A stretch of 64,000 bases of DNA from Minisyncoccia bacterium (GCA_046598345.1 JBKJIT010000003.1:273258-337257); one strand, 5' to 3'. Shown: positions 9,520-20,117, counted from the stretch's first letter. Numbers and translations are program-made. Notes: generated by a model from the letters alone, not told the origin.

Positions 9520-9996
9520 TCAGTATTCGTAGTGCTCCTTTTTTTGAAGTGGCTCAAATTCATACCACTTTAGTTTTTGCTCGTTCTCGTTGTTATGGCT
9601 GAGAGGGCTAAGTGTTTTCCATGCTCCCGAAAAGTGATCGTCCATGCCTCGTGGAAGGTAACTTCCACTTATGGAAAAAACAAATTGAGGCGTTATAGGA
9701 ATGCCGTTTCCGCCGCCTTCGTATTCTTGATAGAAGCTAAGGCCGAAATTGAATCCGTACTCAGTAGTTTCGGGCTTCACTACAAAGAGCGGAGCGATTC
9801 GTACTAGCCTCTCCAGTTCCTCCGGGGTTAGTTTTCGCTTCTGGACGGGGACACCCACTAAGATAGTCCGTCCACCCATGTTCGGAGTCATCTCGCCTTG
9901 CTCCATGCGCCGGAGCTCGTCTTTCAGTGACTTGAGCCATACAACTTCTTCTGCAACATCAGGTTTGTTCGTAATATCGTTCATTCTCGTCTCCAT
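9520..9996 (-). CDS. Hypothetical protein
   Basis: 158-aa ORF between valS and tsaD, followed by a hairpin at about 9493-9516; no family recognised. Confidence 0.6.
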   Translation of the reverse strand: METRMNDITNKPDVAEEVVWLKSLKDELRRMEQGEMTPNMGGRTILVGVPVQKRKLTPEELERLVRIAPLFVVKPETTEYGFNFGLSFYQEYEGGGNGIPITPQFVFSISGSYLPRGMDDHFSGAWKTLSPLSHNNENEQKLKWYEFEPLQKKEHYEY

Positions 9997-10036
9997 GTGA
10001 ACAACTAAAATTACAGTATCAAATCACCAATATATT

Positions 10037-11206
10037 TCAAGGATTAATGGCGAGGGGTAGATTTCCATCTGCTTTGATTGAAATTGTTGTTTCAGGCGAA
10101 AGCGCACTTTTCATGCGTGCGTGTCCTGCAAGCGCAATCATAATGCTGTTATCGGTTGAGAGCTTTCGGTCAGGGATAAAAAGCGTAAGTCCCGGGATCT
10201 GTGTGCAGGCGTCGGTAAACTGTTCACGAAGGTACGTGTTCGCGGATACACCACCACCGATAATGAGGGTTTCTCCGCCAAATTCCTGAATCGCAGCAAG
10301 TGATTTTTTAAGAAGTACTTCAACAACCGCATTCTCAAATTCTCCTGCAAGCGCAGCCCGTTGGTCGCTCGTAAGTATCTGTTGCCCGATTGCGTAACGC
10401 ACAGAGGTCTTAATTCCTGAGAATGAGAAATCATAGTCTTTTGAATCAATCATAGGACGAGGGAGTACCTTGATTGATTTGAGATTGTTCGTACGCGCAT
10501 GCGCGGCAAGCTTTCCCACCTCAGGACCGCCAGGATAGGGAAGGCCGAGCATGCGCGCCACCTTATCGAATGCCTCACCGACCGCGTCATCGCGGGTTGC
10601 CCCCAGAAGCTCGTATGTTGCCCAGTCGTTCATGCGTACGAGTTCAGTGTGTCCCCCTGAAACGAGAAGTGCGATAGCAGGAAATACGATGCTTGGGAGT
10701 TTTACTCCATCAAAAATAGAGGAGAGGACGTGTCCTTCCATATGGTTAACGGGCACGAGTGGAATATTCCATATATACGAGAGTGCTCGGGCAAAGTTAA
10801 TGCCAACCCATAAGGCAGGTTCGAGTCCCGGACCGCTCGTGACGGCAATGAGATCAATGGCTGGCTTCCCATGAGTAGAAAGAAACGAGAGCAATTGTTC
10901 TCCAAGTCCAGGCTCACGTGTGAGGATTTCCGTGAGTGCTACACGACCTTTTTCTTCAAGCGAGACAGCTTCATTCGTAAGAAGGTTTGCCTCAGTGAGC
11001 GCCTTCTCGAGCATTGGAACCAAGGTTCGTGCGTGTTCACGTTTCGCGACCTGTGGAAAGACACCCCCATACTCTTTATGGATATCAATCTGTGAGAAAA
11101 GCGCATTTCCGAGAATTTCGTATGTTGCAGTAGGGAAATCACCGTTTGCCCGAATAAGGCTCACAGCAGTTTCGTCGCATGAAGTTTCAATGCTGAGGAT
11201 AATCAT
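10037..11206 (-). CDS. tsaD: tRNA N6-adenosine threonylcarbamoyltransferase TsaD
   Basis: ILSIETSCDETA, GPGL, NHMEGH, LLVSGGHT, DDAVGEAFDKVAR, FSFSG, TDNSIMIA. Confidence 0.96.
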   Translation of the reverse strand: MIILSIETSCDETAVSLIRANGDFPTATYEILGNALFSQIDIHKEYGGVFPQVAKREHARTLVPMLEKALTEANLLTNEAVSLEEKGRVALTEILTREPGLGEQLLSFLSTHGKPAIDLIAVTSGPGLEPALWVGINFARALSYIWNIPLVPVNHMEGHVLSSIFDGVKLPSIVFPAIALLVSGGHTELVRMNDWATYELLGATRDDAVGEAFDKVARMLGLPYPGGPEVGKLAAHARTNNLKSIKVLPRPMIDSKDYDFSFSGIKTSVRYAIGQQILTSDQRAALAGEFENAVVEVLLKKSLAAIQEFGGETLIIGGGVSANTYLREQFTDACTQIPGLTLFIPDRKLSTDNSIMIALAGHARMKSALSPETTISIKADGNLPLAINP

Positions 11207-11341
11207 GTCGGATACTCTACAGTACAAATAAGCCTTTCACCACTTTGATACTGTAAGACGTGGAGGGCTATACCGTATGGTACAAAAGAACAAAGCCGCT
11301 GTGCGCTATACTAGAAAGATAACAACCCGACTCACTCCGGT

Positions 11342-12490
11342 ATGAAATACACGATCTTTGGCCTTGCTGCATTTCTCACTTCTTTTGGTATTACGTTTTT
11401 TTCGACTCAGCTTTTACTCGAGCCCGTTAATGTGACGCTTGCAAACGAGATGCCCGAACCAGAGGTAGAAGGAGAGAGTGTTATTCAGTCAGTACCAGAA
11501 ATCGTACCGGTGCCTGAACCAGCACTTCCACTTCCACCTCCGCCTGAACTTCGTGACGCTCTATGGACTCTTGCGACCAGTTCTGCCTCGTGGGAGGCAC
11601 GTGATTCCGCAGCGAGTGTCGTCTTTAAAGATCGCATGTGGATCATGGGAGGACTGAATGGAAATGGTGTGCCCGGCGAAGCTGAGCACACACCCGACTA
11701 CATGGAAGCCAAATATTTTAATGACATCTGGTCATCGACTGATGGGGCAGTGTGGAAGCGTGAGTCGGCGCATGCTGCGTGGAAACCAAAACGTTCAATG
11801 ACGATTGTTCCGTTCAATAACTCTTTATGGATGTACGCGGGATGGAGCCCTGAAGATGGATATGAAAAGGGAGTATGGAAATCAGAAGATGGTATTGCCT
11901 GGAAGCGTGTAGTTCTCACGGTCCCGTGGTCGTCGCGAGAAGGGCAATCTATTGAGGTGTTTAAGGGAAAGATTTGGCTCATGGGAGGAGTAAATTATGA
12001 TACTCGCGAAGTTCTCCATGACGTGTGGTACTCGGATGACGGAATTACGTGGATCGAAGCTCCTCCTGCTCCGTGGTCAGGAAGATGGGATCATGCGACT
12101 GCAGTCTTCAATGATCGACTGTATCTGACGGGAGGTATGAACTTACGTAAAGGAACGTTTGGTGATGTGTGGTACACGGACGATGGAATTACTTGGCAGA
12201 GTGCGACTCAAACACCATGGGCAAGCAGGCAAGGACACTCCCTGATTATCTTCTCTGATGCACTTTGGCTTATTGGTCGACTGAATGACACCGAAGGAAG
12301 GGGGGAGAACGACGTGTGGTTTACGAAAGATGGGGTGAAATGGGAAAAAACAGAGAAGAATCCTGAATGGGCGGGCCGGGAGGACCACAGCGCACTTCTC
12401 TTTAATAACGCGGTGTACCTCATGGGAGGGATGGATTCAGATTGGAAATGGAGGAATGATGTGTGGAGGATGGGGGTGAGGACTAACTAG
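11342..12490 (+). CDS. Membrane-anchored Kelch/beta-propeller repeat protein
   Basis: N-terminal TM, Pro-rich linker, six repeats of W..R..H...VF..RMW.MGG...NDVW.S.DG..W. Confidence 0.85.
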   Translation: MKYTIFGLAAFLTSFGITFFSTQLLLEPVNVTLANEMPEPEVEGESVIQSVPEIVPVPEPALPLPPPPELRDALWTLATSSASWEARDSAASVVFKDRMWIMGGLNGNGVPGEAEHTPDYMEAKYFNDIWSSTDGAVWKRESAHAAWKPKRSMTIVPFNNSLWMYAGWSPEDGYEKGVWKSEDGIAWKRVVLTVPWSSREGQSIEVFKGKIWLMGGVNYDTREVLHDVWYSDDGITWIEAPPAPWSGRWDHATAVFNDRLYLTGGMNLRKGTFGDVWYTDDGITWQSATQTPWASRQGHSLIIFSDALWLIGRLNDTEGRGENDVWFTKDGVKWEKTEKNPEWAGREDHSALLFNNAVYLMGGMDSDWKWRNDVWRMGVRTN

Positions 12491-12568
12491 TGTTTTTAGT
12501 TCTCGCTCTTGGCTTGAGAAAGCACTTTTTAATAAGAGTATCCTTTGATTTATTTCAAATACTTTCAT

Positions 12569-12731
12569 GGACTTGGCGTCCAACTCTAGTTCGCTGACGC
12601 TCACAAGAGTTACCTGCCCGCGGTTTCTGCCTCGTGGCATTGTGAATAGCCACTCAGATCGAAACCGTTCAAGTCCTGGGCGACTGTTTAAAAGAAAGAC
12701 CAGGTAAAAAACCTGGTCTTTCTTTTAAAAG
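12569..12731 (-). repeat. tRNA-Val-associated antisense arm plus module A
   Basis: GTTCAAGTCCTG (12667-12678) is the exact inverse of T-arm 12741-12752. Minus-strand module CGATCTGAG..CGAGGCAG / GGGCAGG..GAGCGTCAGCGAA..GACGCC is followed by AAGTCC (T-loop copy). Confidence 0.75.
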
Positions 12732-12804
12732 TGCGCGATACAGGACTTGAACCTGTGACCCCCACAATGTCAATGTGATGCTCTACCAGCTGAGCTAACC
12801 GCGC
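12732..12804 (-). tRNA. tRNA-Val(GAC)
   Basis: Reverse complement GCGCGGTTAGCTCAGCTGGTAGAGCATCACATT GAC ATTGTGG...GGTTCAAGTCCTGTATCGCGCA. Confidence 0.94.
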
Positions 12805-12930
12805 GAAAATGCCACCAATGTTATTTGTCTGCAGGGTATCTATACGGATGGACCTCCACCAGCACGAACTAACTGTGCGTGGCCATAAGTATACGGGTTA
12901 AGACTCTGAAAACAAGGCATTTTTTGATAA

Positions 12931-12959
12931 TTGACTACTATGACTATATATGTTATAAT
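12931..12959 (+). promoter_or_regulatory. Sigma70-type promoter
   Basis: TTGACT-17 bp-TATAAT upstream of the DksA/TraR-like gene. Confidence 0.75.
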
Positions 12960-12991
12960 TACAATCTGTTCATTAACGTGATGGGTACGAG

Positions 12992-13258
12992 ATGTTAAGT
13001 CAAACCTTCATAAAGAAACGCCGGAAGCAACTCCTTTGGCGGAGGGTTAGCAAGATTCAGATCATGAAGGCAGGCGGTGAGCAGGCTTTGTCACATTCGC
13101 CCGCCGACATAACCCGCATAGAGTTTGCTTTGCGGCGGATTGACGAGAATAAGTACGGAAAATGTACGCGGTGTCGTGAATTGGTGGAAAAAGCTCGCTT
13201 AGAAATCATCCCTGAAACGCCGTTTTGCACACCCTGTGCGACCGAGGTGTCGCTATAG
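12992..13258 (+). CDS. DksA/TraR C4-type zinc-finger protein
   Basis: ALRRIDENKYGKCTRC...RLEIIPETPFCTPC. Confidence 0.85.
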   Translation: MLSQTFIKKRRKQLLWRRVSKIQIMKAGGEQALSHSPADITRIEFALRRIDENKYGKCTRCRELVEKARLEIIPETPFCTPCATEVSL

Positions 13259-13273
13259 ACCATACACGATAAT

Positions 13274-13957
13274 TTAGTGTGTGGTCTTTTTATTTTGTGA
13301 AATATAATGTCGTACGATGAATGTCCTTTCATCCTGATCAAGACGCTCGGTTTCAGCATCAGTGAGAAATCGAGAAGGGAATCGATGTGCTGGAAATCTG
13401 AATGAAACCATCTCAAGATCGCTTAAAGCAATTCCACCGTCACCGATTAAAGATACCCTCGCTGTTGAGGGCTTGACCTTCCAAAGTTCACTCGTCTCAG
13501 CTAACGGGTGCCGATTATTTAAGTGACCCCCATTAAATGTGATAACTACTTTAATATTACCTCCTACATCTTTTCCAGAAAAACCCTCGCTCATGGCGGT
13601 CTTAAATCCTTCACCACCTGTCATAAGGCACATATTAGCTTCGTCGTGAGTATTAGTTAGAGCAATTGGTTTTTCTTCAGAAAGTAAATCAATTACCTTT
13701 GTAAACTGCTCACTTCTACAGAGAAGGGTATTGTCATAAAAAATTGTCGCGAGGTCGTTCTCAGAAGCTGCAGCAAACCCGTTTGCTTGAAGCACATCTA
13801 CTAAGTCCTCGAAGGCGTGAGAATTCTCCGCGTTCTCAATGCTAAGGTCTCTAAATTCTTTACCCAAAAGTGCAGATGGAGAAACAGGTGTATCTGAATG
13901 GGAAGAGGGTCGTTCAAATGGCATACCTTCATTATAGTAGGATGTGTTAGAAAACAA
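13274..13957 (-). CDS. Hypothetical protein
   Basis: 227-aa ORF; true start is probably near 13924 (MPFERP). Confidence 0.65.
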   Translation of the reverse strand: MFSNTSYYNEGMPFERPSSHSDTPVSPSALLGKEFRDLSIENAENSHAFEDLVDVLQANGFAAASENDLATIFYDNTLLCRSEQFTKVIDLLSEEKPIALTNTHDEANMCLMTGGEGFKTAMSEGFSGKDVGGNIKVVITFNGGHLNNRHPLAETSELWKVKPSTARVSLIGDGGIALSDLEMVSFRFPAHRFPSRFLTDAETERLDQDERTFIVRHYISQNKKTTH

Positions 13958-14050
13958 AAGATAGTATTTCTCTCTTACACATTTACTTTGAAAGAATTAC
14001 GCACCTAAGCCGTCTTCTAGAAAAGCACCCGTAAGGGTACACTCTAATCA

Positions 14051-15832
14051 ATGCCTAAAAAGATACCAAAAACCGCTAAAAAGGCGGCAGATACAACTGT
14101 TATCCCACAAACCGCTGTGGCGTTTATTCTGCATGTAACAAAAGCTTTTAAGTGGACAGCAATTTCAGCTATGCTTGTCGTCATTATTGCTTCTCTCATT
14201 TCTCAGGCAGGAAGTTACCTCTTTAAACTTATCATCGATGCATCAGAGGAAGGGGATGCGAAGAAGGTACTTTTTTTTGCACTTGCTTTTCCAGTTTTTA
14301 TTTTGGTTGACCAAATATTTTACAGAATCAGCGGTTTCCTTGGAGGTAATTGGACTACGCGTACTAAAAAATATGCCAATGATATTCTCATAGAATATCT
14401 CTTTAAGCATAGTCATCGATATTTCTCTGATCGATTTTCAGGCTCTCTCATGAGTAGAGTAGGTAACGTGGTAGGAGGCTTGGAAAGCTTTATACCTGAT
14501 TTATTGTGGACCCATACTACAGCCGTGGTCTCGTTTGTATTTACTGCAATCTTTATTTCAAAAGCTGACATTACATCGGGAATGATTTTTGTGGCACTTA
14601 CCATTGTGCTTATTACAATTAACAGATTGTTTGCTCCGAAAAAGAAGGAAATATCGTATAAAGCCTCAGAACTAGGAACAAAGCTTCGAGGAGTCATTAT
14701 CGATATTCTTTCAAACATCAGTGCAACGCGCCAATATGTGCGAATTGACGATGAGATTAAGCGCGTCAAAAATGCTTCTGAAGCGCATCGGGTGATGAGT
14801 CAAAAAAGCTGGTATTTCACCGAATATATGTTGGCAACAAATGTGCTCATTCTTTTTGTGTTTACCGTTGCCATCTTTTATTTCCTTGTAGAGCGATGGA
14901 AAGTTGGAGATATTGGTACTGGTGATTTTGTATTTCTCATTGCACTGTATTCTCAACTTACCGGAACGCTGTTGTTTATTGGGCGTGCGTTTAATAACAC
15001 CGCACGGTCATTTGGTGAAATTGATGAAGGGCTTTTAGAAATTTTACAGCCGTATGAAATTGTCGATCGGGGTACGCGAAAGCTTAAAGTTACAGGAGGT
15101 GAAGTTGCCTGGAGCAGTGTAGTGTTTGATTACGAAAAAATACGTGTGTTTGATGACTTTAATCTTACGATTAAACCAGGGGAACGTATCGGGCTCGTGG
15201 GTTCAAGTGGTGCAGGCAAAACAACGTTTGTGTCGCTCATGCTTCGTCAACATGAGCTGCTCTCAGGTTCGATCATGATCGATGGGCAAGACATAAATGA
15301 AGTAACACAGGATTCACTTCGCGAACACATTGCCATCGTCCCACAAGAACCCATGTTATTCCACCGTTCTATTAGAGAAAACATTGCGTATGGGAAACCA
15401 AACGCCACCGACAAAGAAATTACTGCTGTTGCTAAGAAAGCTCAGGCACATGATTTTATTAACCTTCTTCCACAAGGGTCTGACACTCTAGTCGGAGAGC
15501 GTGGCGTAAAGCTTTCAGGGGGACAGCGGCAGCGCGTTGCCATTGCAAGGGCCATGCTTAAAAATGCGCCTATTCTCATTCTCGACGAGGCAACGAGCGC
15601 CCTTGATAGCGAAAGTGAAGTCGCAATTCAGAAAGCGCTACATGAACTCATGGTGGGAAAAACGGTGGTTGCAATTGCGCATCGCCTTTCAACCCTCCGT
15701 GAAATGGATCGAATTATTGTGCTTGAAAAGGGGAAGATTGTTGAGGATGGAACGCATTATGCGCTCACAAAAGCCGGAGGCACATATGCAAGACTTTGGG
15801 AGCATCAAGCTGGGGGATTCTTGACGGAGTAG
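14051..15832 (+). CDS. ABC exporter, fused permease/ATPase (MsbA/MdlB-like)
   Basis: Multi-TM N-terminal half; GSSGAGKTT, LSGGQRQR, ILDEATSALD. Confidence 0.95.
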   Translation: MPKKIPKTAKKAADTTVIPQTAVAFILHVTKAFKWTAISAMLVVIIASLISQAGSYLFKLIIDASEEGDAKKVLFFALAFPVFILVDQIFYRISGFLGGNWTTRTKKYANDILIEYLFKHSHRYFSDRFSGSLMSRVGNVVGGLESFIPDLLWTHTTAVVSFVFTAIFISKADITSGMIFVALTIVLITINRLFAPKKKEISYKASELGTKLRGVIIDILSNISATRQYVRIDDEIKRVKNASEAHRVMSQKSWYFTEYMLATNVLILFVFTVAIFYFLVERWKVGDIGTGDFVFLIALYSQLTGTLLFIGRAFNNTARSFGEIDEGLLEILQPYEIVDRGTRKLKVTGGEVAWSSVVFDYEKIRVFDDFNLTIKPGERIGLVGSSGAGKTTFVSLMLRQHELLSGSIMIDGQDINEVTQDSLREHIAIVPQEPMLFHRSIRENIAYGKPNATDKEITAVAKKAQAHDFINLLPQGSDTLVGERGVKLSGGQRQRVAIARAMLKNAPILILDEATSALDSESEVAIQKALHELMVGKTVVAIAHRLSTLREMDRIIVLEKGKIVEDGTHYALTKAGGTYARLWEHQAGGFLTE

Positions 15833-15850
15833 TGATGGGAAGTGATAAGA

Positions 15851-15883
15851 AAAAACAGCCGGCCCTTCGGGCCGGCTGTTTTT
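15851..15883 (+). terminator. Intrinsic terminator
   Basis: AAAAACAGCCGGCC-CTTCG-GGCCGGCTGTTTTT. Confidence 0.85.
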
Positions 15884-16002
15884 ATGCAATCAGCTCAGTT
15901 TTTGTGTACTACGCGTGCGTTCGCAAAGGTACACCACGACTAGAAGTTGGTTCCCTACGTACTGTTGCATCTACCAACTTCCTACTTTAGAATATGCGGT
16001 GC

Positions 16003-16031
16003 TTGCAAATAATCAAAAAATGTGCTATAAT
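16003..16031 (+). promoter_or_regulatory. Sigma70-type promoter
   Basis: TTGCAA-17 bp-TATAAT with extended TG. Confidence 0.65.
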
Positions 16032-16069
16032 ATGATAGGTAACGTTTTTTAACTCACGGGAGCCATAAC

Positions 16070-16519
16070 ATGATGAAACTATTGCTGGTCTGCTCTTTGA
16101 TTGGAGCAACTTCGATTGCTGTCTCGTATTTCTTCGGATGGCGTGCGAACATGAGGAAAGTAAGTACCACGTATTGGGTATTGGTCCTTATCGGTATGGT
16201 CATCATGGTTGGTCCCATGGTGCACTTGTTTGCTCAGCAGGAGCCGTCGTTCTCGCGAACGATGTTCGCGGTGATTGCCTTCGTTGTGGGCTCGCTCATT
16301 CTCTTGATCAGCCCACTCGTAAGCTCAGTTCATGGAATCGCACACGGCGAAACATTCGAGGGTCCGTATCAACACATGACCCCAGCAGAAAAACAAAAAT
16401 TCTGGGAAACATCGCGTACTGTGGTTCGCGCGGGCGCCGGATGGGTCGGCAGAAATGAACGAAGGAAAGGCAATCATGGAGTTGCTGATGCAGCAAAGTA
16501 CATCAAAAAATTACTTTAG
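16070..16519 (+). CDS. Hypothetical 3-TM membrane protein
   Basis: GGGAG SD; three hydrophobic helices; followed by hairpin AAAGCCGAGC..GCTCGGCTTTT. Confidence 0.7.
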   Translation: MMKLLLVCSLIGATSIAVSYFFGWRANMRKVSTTYWVLVLIGMVIMVGPMVHLFAQQEPSFSRTMFAVIAFVVGSLILLISPLVSSVHGIAHGETFEGPYQHMTPAEKQKFWETSRTVVRAGAGWVGRNERRKGNHGVADAAKYIKKLL

Positions 16520-16755
16520 AAAAACTGTTCTAATTTTCAAAGCCGAGCACCCGCTCGGCTTTTACTTTGTAGATATTCTTCTTCCGCTTTCGCTACACAG
16601 GGTTACCTAATGACAACAGATGAGCGATTATCGAAGCCCTCAATCTTCGAAAACCGCAGTATAGGGAAACTGCTCGTTTTGGTCATTTTGGAAATGGTTT
16701 TGCGTGGGGCTAATCCATTCTTCATAAAACCTCCTAAAAATGCTAGGCTTTTCTT

Positions 16756-19515
16756 ATGGCACTTAACTGGCGCGACATCCAAGACAGGGCAATTACCTTT
16801 GTCCATAATTACAAAGATGCGAAAGATGAGGATCGTGACTCAAAGCCTTTTTGGAAGGACTTATTCGCACTCTATGGCATAGATCCTCGCACAATAGGCT
16901 CTTTCGAGGAACGGGTGCGTATGCATGGACATGTTGGTGTAGGAAAAATAGATTACTTTGCTCCCCGTAAATTTCTGATTGAACAAAAGTCTCGCGGTAA
17001 AAGTCTAGAGACGGCATATACCCAAGCAATGAATTATTTTGAAGCTCTCAAAGCTGAAGAAAAACCCCGATACATCGTCCTTTCTGATTTTGAATACATT
17101 CGGATATATGATCTAGAAGCTTCTGAAAAAAAGCGCAAGATTGAATTTCTAGTCAAAGATTTAGCAAAGCATGTTAAAAAACTCTCGTTTTTAGCAGATG
17201 ATGAAGTTATTGAATATGATACTGAACTAGCGATTGATGTAAAAGCAGTACGCTCTATCGGTAAACTGCATAAAGCTCTTAAACTTTCAAATTATCCCAC
17301 TGAAGATCTCTCATCACTCCTCACACGCCTTGTATTTTGTTTTTTTGCAGATGATACTGGAATTTTCAGTAAAAATATTTTACGTCAGTACATAGCAGAA
17401 AATACTAGAGAAGATGGTTCTGATATTGGGGCACACTTAGGAATGATTTTTGACGTACTGAACACCAAAGAAGAGGAACGACAAACGACAATGCACGATG
17501 CACTTCTCGGTTTGCCGTATGTAAATGGTGGATTGTTTGCCACCCCTGCTAAAGCGGTCTTTGGCGCACGTGATATTCGTGAAACGCTTTTTGAGTGTTT
17601 TGCTTTTGATTGGTCGGGAGTATCGCCAGCAATATTTGGCTCAATGTTTCAGTCGGTGATGGATGAAAAAGAGCGTCACGATCTCGGCGCACATTACACT
17701 TCGGAAAAAAACATTTTGAAAGTAATTCAGCCCCTGTTTCTCGACGCATTCAAAGAAGAATTTGAGAAAGCTAAGAACGCAGAAAAACTCCATACACTTT
17801 GGGACAAAATCTCCAAAGTTACATTACTCGACCCTGCGTGTGGATGTGGAAACTTCTTAGTGATTTCGTATCGTGAACTTCGTCGCCTTGAAATAGAAAT
17901 CATTAAAAAACTCGACAAAGGAAGAAAAGGTCATATTGGGCAAGTAGAAGGTGCGGGGCAAGCTCACCTAGGGCTTGAAATGGATTTGGCGCATCTCTCG
18001 AAGATGTCTGTGGAACGAATGTATGGCATTGAACTTGAAAGTTTCCCTGCGGAAGTGGCAAAACTTTCTCTCTGGCTCATGGATCACATGATGAATATGG
18101 AGCTTGGGAGTTACTACGGTAAACCACTTCGAAAACTTCCTCTTACAGAAGCGCCACATATTGTGAAAGGGAATGCCTTGAGACTCAATTGGGAAGAGAT
18201 AGTTCCAAAAGAAAAACTTACACATATTCTAGGGAATCCTCCATTCTTAGGGAAGCAAATGCAAACAAAAGAACAAAAAGATGACTTGTTATTGGTATTT
18301 ACTAAGACAAAGAAAGCAGCTGATCTCGATTACGTTGCAGGCTGGTATAGGAAAGCCGTTGACTATGTTATAGGCACAGCTATTTCATGTGCATTTGTTT
18401 CCACTAATTCTATTGTTCAAGGTGAGCAAGTGAGTATTTTATGGAAGCCACTGATAACAGAAGGAATAAAAATTCATTTTGCCCATCGCACTTTTAAATG
18501 GAACAATGAAGCCAGTGGAAAGGCTGCGGTTTTTTGTGTGATTATTGGCATTGGAACTTTTGAAACAAAAAATCCTCGTATTTTCGTTTATGATGATGTT
18601 CAAGGTGAACCTAAAGAATTACAAGCACACCACATCAATCCGTATCTTGTGGATGCTCCAGATGTAATAGTTGAAAATAGAAGGAATCCTTTGTCAGATG
18701 TTCCTTCTATGATGTATGGTTCAAAACCTGCAGATGGCGGTTTTTTACTTTTGACAAACGAAGAAAAGGAGAAAGCGGTATGTGAAGATTCAATTGCAAA
18801 GAAATATATCAAGCCTCTCTTGAGTGCAAGTGAGTATTTAAATGGTAAGAATCGTTGGTGCTTGTGGCTTGTTGGTGCTGAACCTGCTGACTTAAGAGAA
18901 TCATCATTTATAAAAGGTCGGGTAGAGGCGGTTCGAGAATTTCGCTCTAAGAGTATAAAAGAAGCAACAAGAAAACTTGCAGATACACCAACCCTTTTTG
19001 CAGAAATACGGCAACCTGGACAGAGCTTTGTCTTAGTCCCGAGGCATTCGTCAGAAAATAGAAACTATGTACCCTTTAGTTTTTTTGATGCCAGCATTAT
19101 TATAAGTGATTCTTGCTCGTCACTACCTGAAGCAACCATATATCATTTTGGTGTAATGCAATCAGTAATGCATATGACATGGATGCGCGCGGTTGCTGGG
19201 CGTCTTAAGAGTGACTATCGTTATTCAAATGAGCTTGTATACAATAACTTCCCATGGCCTGAGGAAGTGAGGGAGGAGAATAAAAAACGTGTCGAGGAGT
19301 CTGCGCAAGCCGTCCTTGATGTGCGTAAGGAGTTTCCAAATGCAACGCTTGCTGATCTGTACAATCCAAATACGATGCCAAAGAAGCTTCTCAATGCCCA
19401 CAAGACACTTGATCGGGCGGTTGACACCTGTTACGGCAAACAAAAATTTGCATCAGAACCCGAACGCCTCGAATTTCTCTTTGATCTGTATAAAAAATAC
19501 ATAAACAAGAAGTAG
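16756..19515 (+). CDS. MmeI-family Type IIL/IIG fused restriction endonuclease-m6A methyltransferase
   Basis: N-terminal D...IEQK nuclease motif; IFGSMFQ, GAHYTSE.NI.KVI.PLFL, LDPACGCGNF, GNPPF; C-terminal GRLKSDYRYSN..YNNFPWP; 919 aa. Confidence 0.93.
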   Translation: MALNWRDIQDRAITFVHNYKDAKDEDRDSKPFWKDLFALYGIDPRTIGSFEERVRMHGHVGVGKIDYFAPRKFLIEQKSRGKSLETAYTQAMNYFEALKAEEKPRYIVLSDFEYIRIYDLEASEKKRKIEFLVKDLAKHVKKLSFLADDEVIEYDTELAIDVKAVRSIGKLHKALKLSNYPTEDLSSLLTRLVFCFFADDTGIFSKNILRQYIAENTREDGSDIGAHLGMIFDVLNTKEEERQTTMHDALLGLPYVNGGLFATPAKAVFGARDIRETLFECFAFDWSGVSPAIFGSMFQSVMDEKERHDLGAHYTSEKNILKVIQPLFLDAFKEEFEKAKNAEKLHTLWDKISKVTLLDPACGCGNFLVISYRELRRLEIEIIKKLDKGRKGHIGQVEGAGQAHLGLEMDLAHLSKMSVERMYGIELESFPAEVAKLSLWLMDHMMNMELGSYYGKPLRKLPLTEAPHIVKGNALRLNWEEIVPKEKLTHILGNPPFLGKQMQTKEQKDDLLLVFTKTKKAADLDYVAGWYRKAVDYVIGTAISCAFVSTNSIVQGEQVSILWKPLITEGIKIHFAHRTFKWNNEASGKAAVFCVIIGIGTFETKNPRIFVYDDVQGEPKELQAHHINPYLVDAPDVIVENRRNPLSDVPSMMYGSKPADGGFLLLTNEEKEKAVCEDSIAKKYIKPLLSASEYLNGKNRWCLWLVGAEPADLRESSFIKGRVEAVREFRSKSIKEATRKLADTPTLFAEIRQPGQSFVLVPRHSSENRNYVPFSFFDASIIISDSCSSLPEATIYHFGVMQSVMHMTWMRAVAGRLKSDYRYSNELVYNNFPWPEEVREENKKRVEESAQAVLDVRKEFPNATLADLYNPNTMPKKLLNAHKTLDRAVDTCYGKQKFASEPERLEFLFDLYKKYINKK

Positions 19516-19516
19516 T

Positions 19517-20038
19517 ATGCTTTTTCCATGTTCATTATTAAGCGTGACTATAGAGAACTTGTCACACTTTGATGCAACAATTGCAGTAATTATTGGTTCA
19601 ATTGTTGCGATTAAAAATTTTAGATTTCAGTCAGTCCATACAAAGAGGCTGCAAGTTATTGAAGAGGCATATGAAAAAGTAAAATCTGCTAGCAGAAGTT
19701 TTAAAAGTCTTACGGATCCTTTTCAAGGTGCTGGCGATTTACCAAAAGCTGAAAAAATAAAAGAATTTGCAAATAAAGCAAATGAAATGGTTATTTTTTT
19801 AGATAATAAAAAATTATTTTTTGATTCAAAGGAACGTAACTTAGTTGATTTGATTTTGGCTAAATTCACAGAGACATGGCACCAATTTATAGAGAGAGAA
19901 ATAATTGATAAGGATCCCCAAATGGCAAGAGAAAAGATACGTGTATGGCAAAAGGTTTGGAATTCAGCTGACAAAGATATCCCGTTGTTAATTAGCTTAT
20001 TGGAGGAAGAATTTCAAAAAAAACTAGGGTTGAAATGA
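19517..20038 (+). CDS. Hypothetical AT-rich protein with N-terminal TM
   Basis: 173-aa ORF starting 1 nt after the MmeI stop; visibly AT-rich. Confidence 0.6.
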   Translation: MLFPCSLLSVTIENLSHFDATIAVIIGSIVAIKNFRFQSVHTKRLQVIEEAYEKVKSASRSFKSLTDPFQGAGDLPKAEKIKEFANKANEMVIFLDNKKLFFDSKERNLVDLILAKFTETWHQFIEREIIDKDPQMAREKIRVWQKVWNSADKDIPLLISLLEEEFQKKLGLK

Positions 20039-20117
20039 CCTTTTTTAAAAACCCCTTGGTTTCCAAGAAGTAGAGCTTCATTTTTTATTTATTAAAATGA
20101 TATATACTGAGATATCT

